Assembly (NCBI GenBank): GCA_965240325.2
Contig: OZ251233.1
Location: forward strand, 372,001-436,000
Reading direction: 5' to 3'
DNA length: 64,000 nucleotides
Origin: Rebecca billardiae RCC1528
Lineage: Eukaryota; Protista; Haptophyta
Part shown: positions 60,388 through 64,000 of the stretch, piece after piece
Numbering within the stretch: the first letter of the stretch is position 1
How the letters are laid out: the number at the start of each line of letters is the position of its first letter
Position numbers and translations under genes: made by a program
Notes under the pieces: generated by a model
Told to the model about the DNA's origin: nothing
Databases searched by the model: none
The model's input: the letters and a program-made list of their open reading frames with translations, nothing else

Positions 60388-60762
60388 CATACCCATGGGC
60401 GTGCTGCATCTGCTGCATCGAGTGCGGCCGGATTGGCGGGCGCCCGGATTCGGTCACGACCGCCTGGCACTTCGACCGATTGGCGATACGGCGGATTCCG
60501 GCCCCGGGGCGTGCACGTCATAACAATATATATGATATTATTCGTCAGCAGATGATAGCGCTCAGCGCAGTCGACTACAATCAGGCCGGACGACGACGCG
60601 AGATGATAAATGCGCATGCCAGAATTGCTCTGCTGGCTCTCAGCTCGGATCCGCGACCGCGTGATCGGGCAGGCGACGGCGCCGCGCCCGCTGGCAGTCA
60701 GCTAGATGAGACTCACGGCGGACACCGCCAGCCTCGGAGCCGGGCAGGCGGAGACGGCGCGG

Positions 60763-62457
60763 CTACTCGGAGTCGCTGTTGCCGTCGAAGCTGCCGCCGT
60801 CGTACGGTCCGTACATGCTGGACACGTCCTCGCCACAGCTGCCGCACCACACGCCCTCTGCCGTGCTGCCCGAGACGATGAGAAGCCCGCCGCAGCTGGG
60901 GCACTGCTCGTCCTCGTCCAAGTCGGTGTCCTCATCGTCCTCGTGCTCCACAGCGCCGCCGCCGCCGGCGGCGGCCCAGGGGGGCGCGGCGACCTGCGGG
61001 GGCGGGTAGAGCCCCGCAGCGTGCCCCGCCTCGTCCGTCCACTCGGCCCCGCGAAGCTCGCCATACTGCTCAAGGAAATGCGCTTCCAACACGAGCCTCA
61101 TCACGTCGAGAGTGGGCTCGTGCAGCGGCTCACGGCCGACGGTCTGGGTCGCGAGGTCCTCGATCGCGCCCCGGTGCTCGTGCAGCGCGAGGGCGCGCAC
61201 CCCGGCGAGGAGCTTGCGGTCTTCGGCGCGCTGGGCGCTCAGTTCCCACGGCGCGCGCATGGCGTCGGTGCGCGCAAGCGGAGCCAGCGCGCAGAGCACC
61301 GCGTGGCACCCAAGCGCACGCTCGGGGTCGGCCGCGGCGCTGTCGAGCACGAGGTGGCGGAGGATGGGGTTCACGGCGTCGAGGAAGCGCGTCGCCCTCG
61401 CCCAGCGCTCCTTCCGCCCGAACCTGTCCTGCCGCTCACTGATGCTCGAGGCCAGCGTGACGCACGCGATGATGGCGCGCGCCGCCCAGCCGCGAAGCGC
61501 GCGCCGGTGCGGCTTCAGCGTGTGTGGCGGCTTGGCGAAGAAATGGCGCACCGCGCGGCTCACAAAGGCCACGGCCGAGGCTGGCGTGTGCGTCGAGAGC
61601 GCGCCGAGCGCGCACATCGCCGAGCCCACCACCGGCGTGCACCGCTCCGCCTGCACCACCGCCTGCAGCGCGCGGCGCGCGCGCTCGTGCGCGCCGTGGC
61701 TGCCCGCCGCCGCGCCGAGCAGCAGCAGCGCCTCGAGCGAGCCGTGCCCGGGTCCGTTCGGCCGGCCAGCGGGGGAGGGCGGGCGCTGGAGGCGCTGGGT
61801 CACGGCGACGGAGAGGAGGAGCGCCTGCTTCGTCACGTGCGCGCGCGCGTGCTCGAGCGCGGACGCATCCGCCTCCGTCGCCGTGGCCGCCACGCCCAGC
61901 TGGGCGGAGAGGCGCTCGCACGCGCTGCGCACCACCGCCAGCCGCGCGTCCCAGCGGAAGGCGGTGCGCTCGCGGCGCGACGAGGATCCGCCCGGCGCGG
62001 GTTGCACCGACGCCGTGTCCGCGAGGCAGTCCATCCGCGCGGGCATGGGTGGCGGCGCGGGCGGCGCCGGCCTCTTCATCCGAGTGAGCACACACTTGTT
62101 GTGCACGTTCTCGAGCAGCTCCACGGGCCACGGCGCGCGGCTGCACGCGCGATTGACGCACGCGAGCCGGAGGAAGAAGCGCATGTCGATGGCCGTCTTC
62201 TCGCCGATGGCGGAGCGCACGTACTGCGCGCCGATCGCGCTGATGAGGTCGGCGTCTGCAAAGAGCTCATCCCAGCTCGTCACCGCTGGCGCGGTCGCAG
62301 CGCGCGCCGCGGGGTCGGTGGTGACCGAGAGTGTGGCGCGCCGTGCGGCCGAGGGCCTCGCGCGCAGGTCGGCATTCTGATGCCCGAGCACGTCGGTGAG
62401 CACGTAGGGCGTCGGCCCGGCCGCCTTGCGGAGCTGCACGCCCTTTGTCGTCGCCAT
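60763..62457 (-). CDS. Hypothetical protein: F-box-like segment, helical body, C-terminal CxxC-x13-CxxC zinc ribbon and acidic tail
   Basis: LFADADLISAI...FLRLACVNRAC; CPSCGG...WCGSCG. Intronless. Confidence 0.65.
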   Translation of the reverse strand: MATTKGVQLRKAAGPTPYVLTDVLGHQNADLRARPSAARRATLSVTTDPAARAATAPAVTSWDELFADADLISAIGAQYVRSAIGEKTAIDMRFFLRLACVNRACSRAPWPVELLENVHNKCVLTRMKRPAPPAPPPMPARMDCLADTASVQPAPGGSSSRRERTAFRWDARLAVVRSACERLSAQLGVAATATEADASALEHARAHVTKQALLLSVAVTQRLQRPPSPAGRPNGPGHGSLEALLLLGAAAGSHGAHERARRALQAVVQAERCTPVVGSAMCALGALSTHTPASAVAFVSRAVRHFFAKPPHTLKPHRRALRGWAARAIIACVTLASSISERQDRFGRKERWARATRFLDAVNPILRHLVLDSAAADPERALGCHAVLCALAPLARTDAMRAPWELSAQRAEDRKLLAGVRALALHEHRGAIEDLATQTVGREPLHEPTLDVMRLVLEAHFLEQYGELRGAEWTDEAGHAAGLYPPPQVAAPPWAAAGGGGAVEHEDDEDTDLDEDEQCPSCGGLLIVSGSTAEGVWCGSCGEDVSSMYGPYDGGSFDGNSDSE

Positions 62458-62571
62458 TCGAACGAGAGCGGCGTGCCTTGGTCTTGGTGATGGCCGATTG
62501 GCCGGTGTCGCAAGTGGGTCCGGGAGCCACCGCAAAGCCGGACGCAGGCACCGTCCCGGTGCGTCACTGGC

Positions 62572-63068
62572 ATGGATGCGCCCGCGCGCAAGGCCGGAGC
62601 AGGTGGCAACATGTCGAAAGCTGAGCGGCAGGCACTCCTTGGATCGGTCGACCTGGAGAAGCGCACGCCGTCTGACCGGCTGAAGCAGGCGCAGCGCGTC
62701 GTCGCGGACACAGAGGACATCGGTGCGTGGGGTGCGCGCGCGGCGTGGACGCCTCCGCGCCAGCGCTCACACAGGTGCCCCGCGGTGTGCCACGCGGCGC
62801 CGCAGGCTCGGGCATTCTCAGCGATCTGCGCGCGCAGCGTGAGGTTCTGGCGCGCTCAAAAGCCGCGCTGGACACCTCCGACGTGGACCTCGACCGTGGC
62901 CGCCGCCTCCTGCGCTCGATGGCGCACCGCGCACAAGCGCACCGCGCAGCCACCACCGGCATCTGCGTGGCAGTGGTCGTCTTCTTCGCGTTCCTGATGT
63001 TCTGGCAGGGCGGCGGGGCGAGCGAAGAGACGAGCGGGGCTGCAGACTCGGCCACCGCGCCCCCGTGA
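62572..63068 (+). CDS. Vti1-like Qb-SNARE, short form, 2 exons
   Basis: Intron 62723-62805 gives DRLKQAQRVVADTEDIGSGILSDLRAQREVL...LDRGRRLLRSMAHR followed by a TM (GICVAVVVFFAFLMFW). Confidence 0.85.
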
Positions 63069-63363
63069 GGCGAATGCCCCCCCGCTCCGCAACAGCAGGC
63101 TCCGCCGTCGGTGACCGGCTCCTGAACAAGCCGGTGGGCAGGGCCAGCGTGCGCACGCGGATTGGCTGTGCGCAGTGATCGTGCCGATGCTCGTCGCGCG
63201 CGCATCTCGCCCGGAGAGCGCCCGCGCCCTGCCGGGCCTTGCTGGCATACAACCGTGGCCCGCCCGAGCCGTCACGGAAGTCCGCAAAGTCGCGCGCTCT
63301 GGCTGACATCAGCAGTCGCTCTCCGAGACTCACATCAATCACGTCGGTCCGTGTGACACTGCC

Positions 63364-63417
63364 ACTGTGATCTCGCCTGCCTGAGCTAGGTGTGCGTCTC
63401 GTATTCTTAGTAAACTG
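63364..63417 (-). mobile_element. Tc1/pogo-like terminal fragment, copy 3
   Basis: Reverse complement of 6100-6151 with small indels/substitutions. Confidence 0.55.
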
Positions 63418-64000
63418 GCACTGGCTCGCGGGCTCTGACGCCCGTCTTGGTCCGCGTGCGGGGCCCCCACCCTCTGGCCTGAGGCTGAGAGGCTGAGGCT
63501 GACACAGTCTGGGCCTTCATGATGAGTATGATCATCAGGCCGTGGTGTCTCAATCCGCCTAAGGTCATGGCTCATGCGCCAGTCACCTCATCCGAGTCAC
63601 AGTCGTCAGGATGATGCTGAGTAACTTACTGCATGTGTCGCTACCTGCTGCGGACCGGAGCCCGCGGGCGGAGGGGCCGGGCCGTCACCGGGGTCCGGTG
63701 AGTGCAACCGCATTACCGCAACGCAGCGGCCGCCGGCGGTTGTGCAGAGGCTGATCTCGGCGGATCTCGGGCTGAACTCTGCTCGGTCGTCATTGGCGTC
63801 AGCACGTGACTGTATGATCGAAGCAACACGGCTACTGTCTTCTGATGATAGCCTATGGTAGTAGTAGCAGTATAGTATGTATTCAGCCGTACCCGGTTTG
63901 TGGCTCGCCTGAGATACTTATCTGCCGCCAGCCCGCACGCGGGGGCACATCAACGCACATGGTGTAGCTACCACCCCCAAACCGTGACGGCCGACTGATG

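Overview
Eukaryotic nuclear DNA, very GC-rich, with short spliceosomal introns that mostly start GTGCGC and end GCAG. Composition, intron style and gene content suggest a haptophyte alga, possibly Pavlovales/Diacronema-like (inference, not verified). Most ORFs in the track are GC-driven shadow frames; I reconstructed about 17 real genes, most of them spliced. They are: a partial class-I glutamine amidotransferase-like gene missed by the track, a membrane protein, a GNAT acetyltransferase, two DUF2306-like paralogs, an Mx/DRP4-like dynamin, a nucleoside-hydrolase/6TM/TIR-like fusion, a DUF616 glycosyltransferase-like gene, TMEM144, a bestrophin, methylmalonyl-CoA mutase, a TRF-like telobox Myb protein, a ~4,550-aa protein with 59 IQ motifs, a hybrid histidine kinase, two F-box-like orphans, a small hypothetical protein and a Vti1-like SNARE. 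Mobile DNA includes a 1.9-kb P/Galileo-like foldback (~841-bp TIRs, 7-bp TSD), a 3.5-kb CACAG-TIR element in a (TA)n tract, a second TA-flanked element, a 522-bp MITE, non-LTR 3' ends, a tRNA-headed SINE-like element and Tc1/pogo-like ends. The best candidates for undescribed biology are (i) the adjacent Mx-like dynamin and nucleoside-hydrolase/TM/TIR-like genes as a possible algal antiviral locus, (ii) the giant IQ-array protein, and (iii) a micro-insertion process that appears to remodel intergenic DNA. All family assignments come from motif recognition by eye; no database searches were run.
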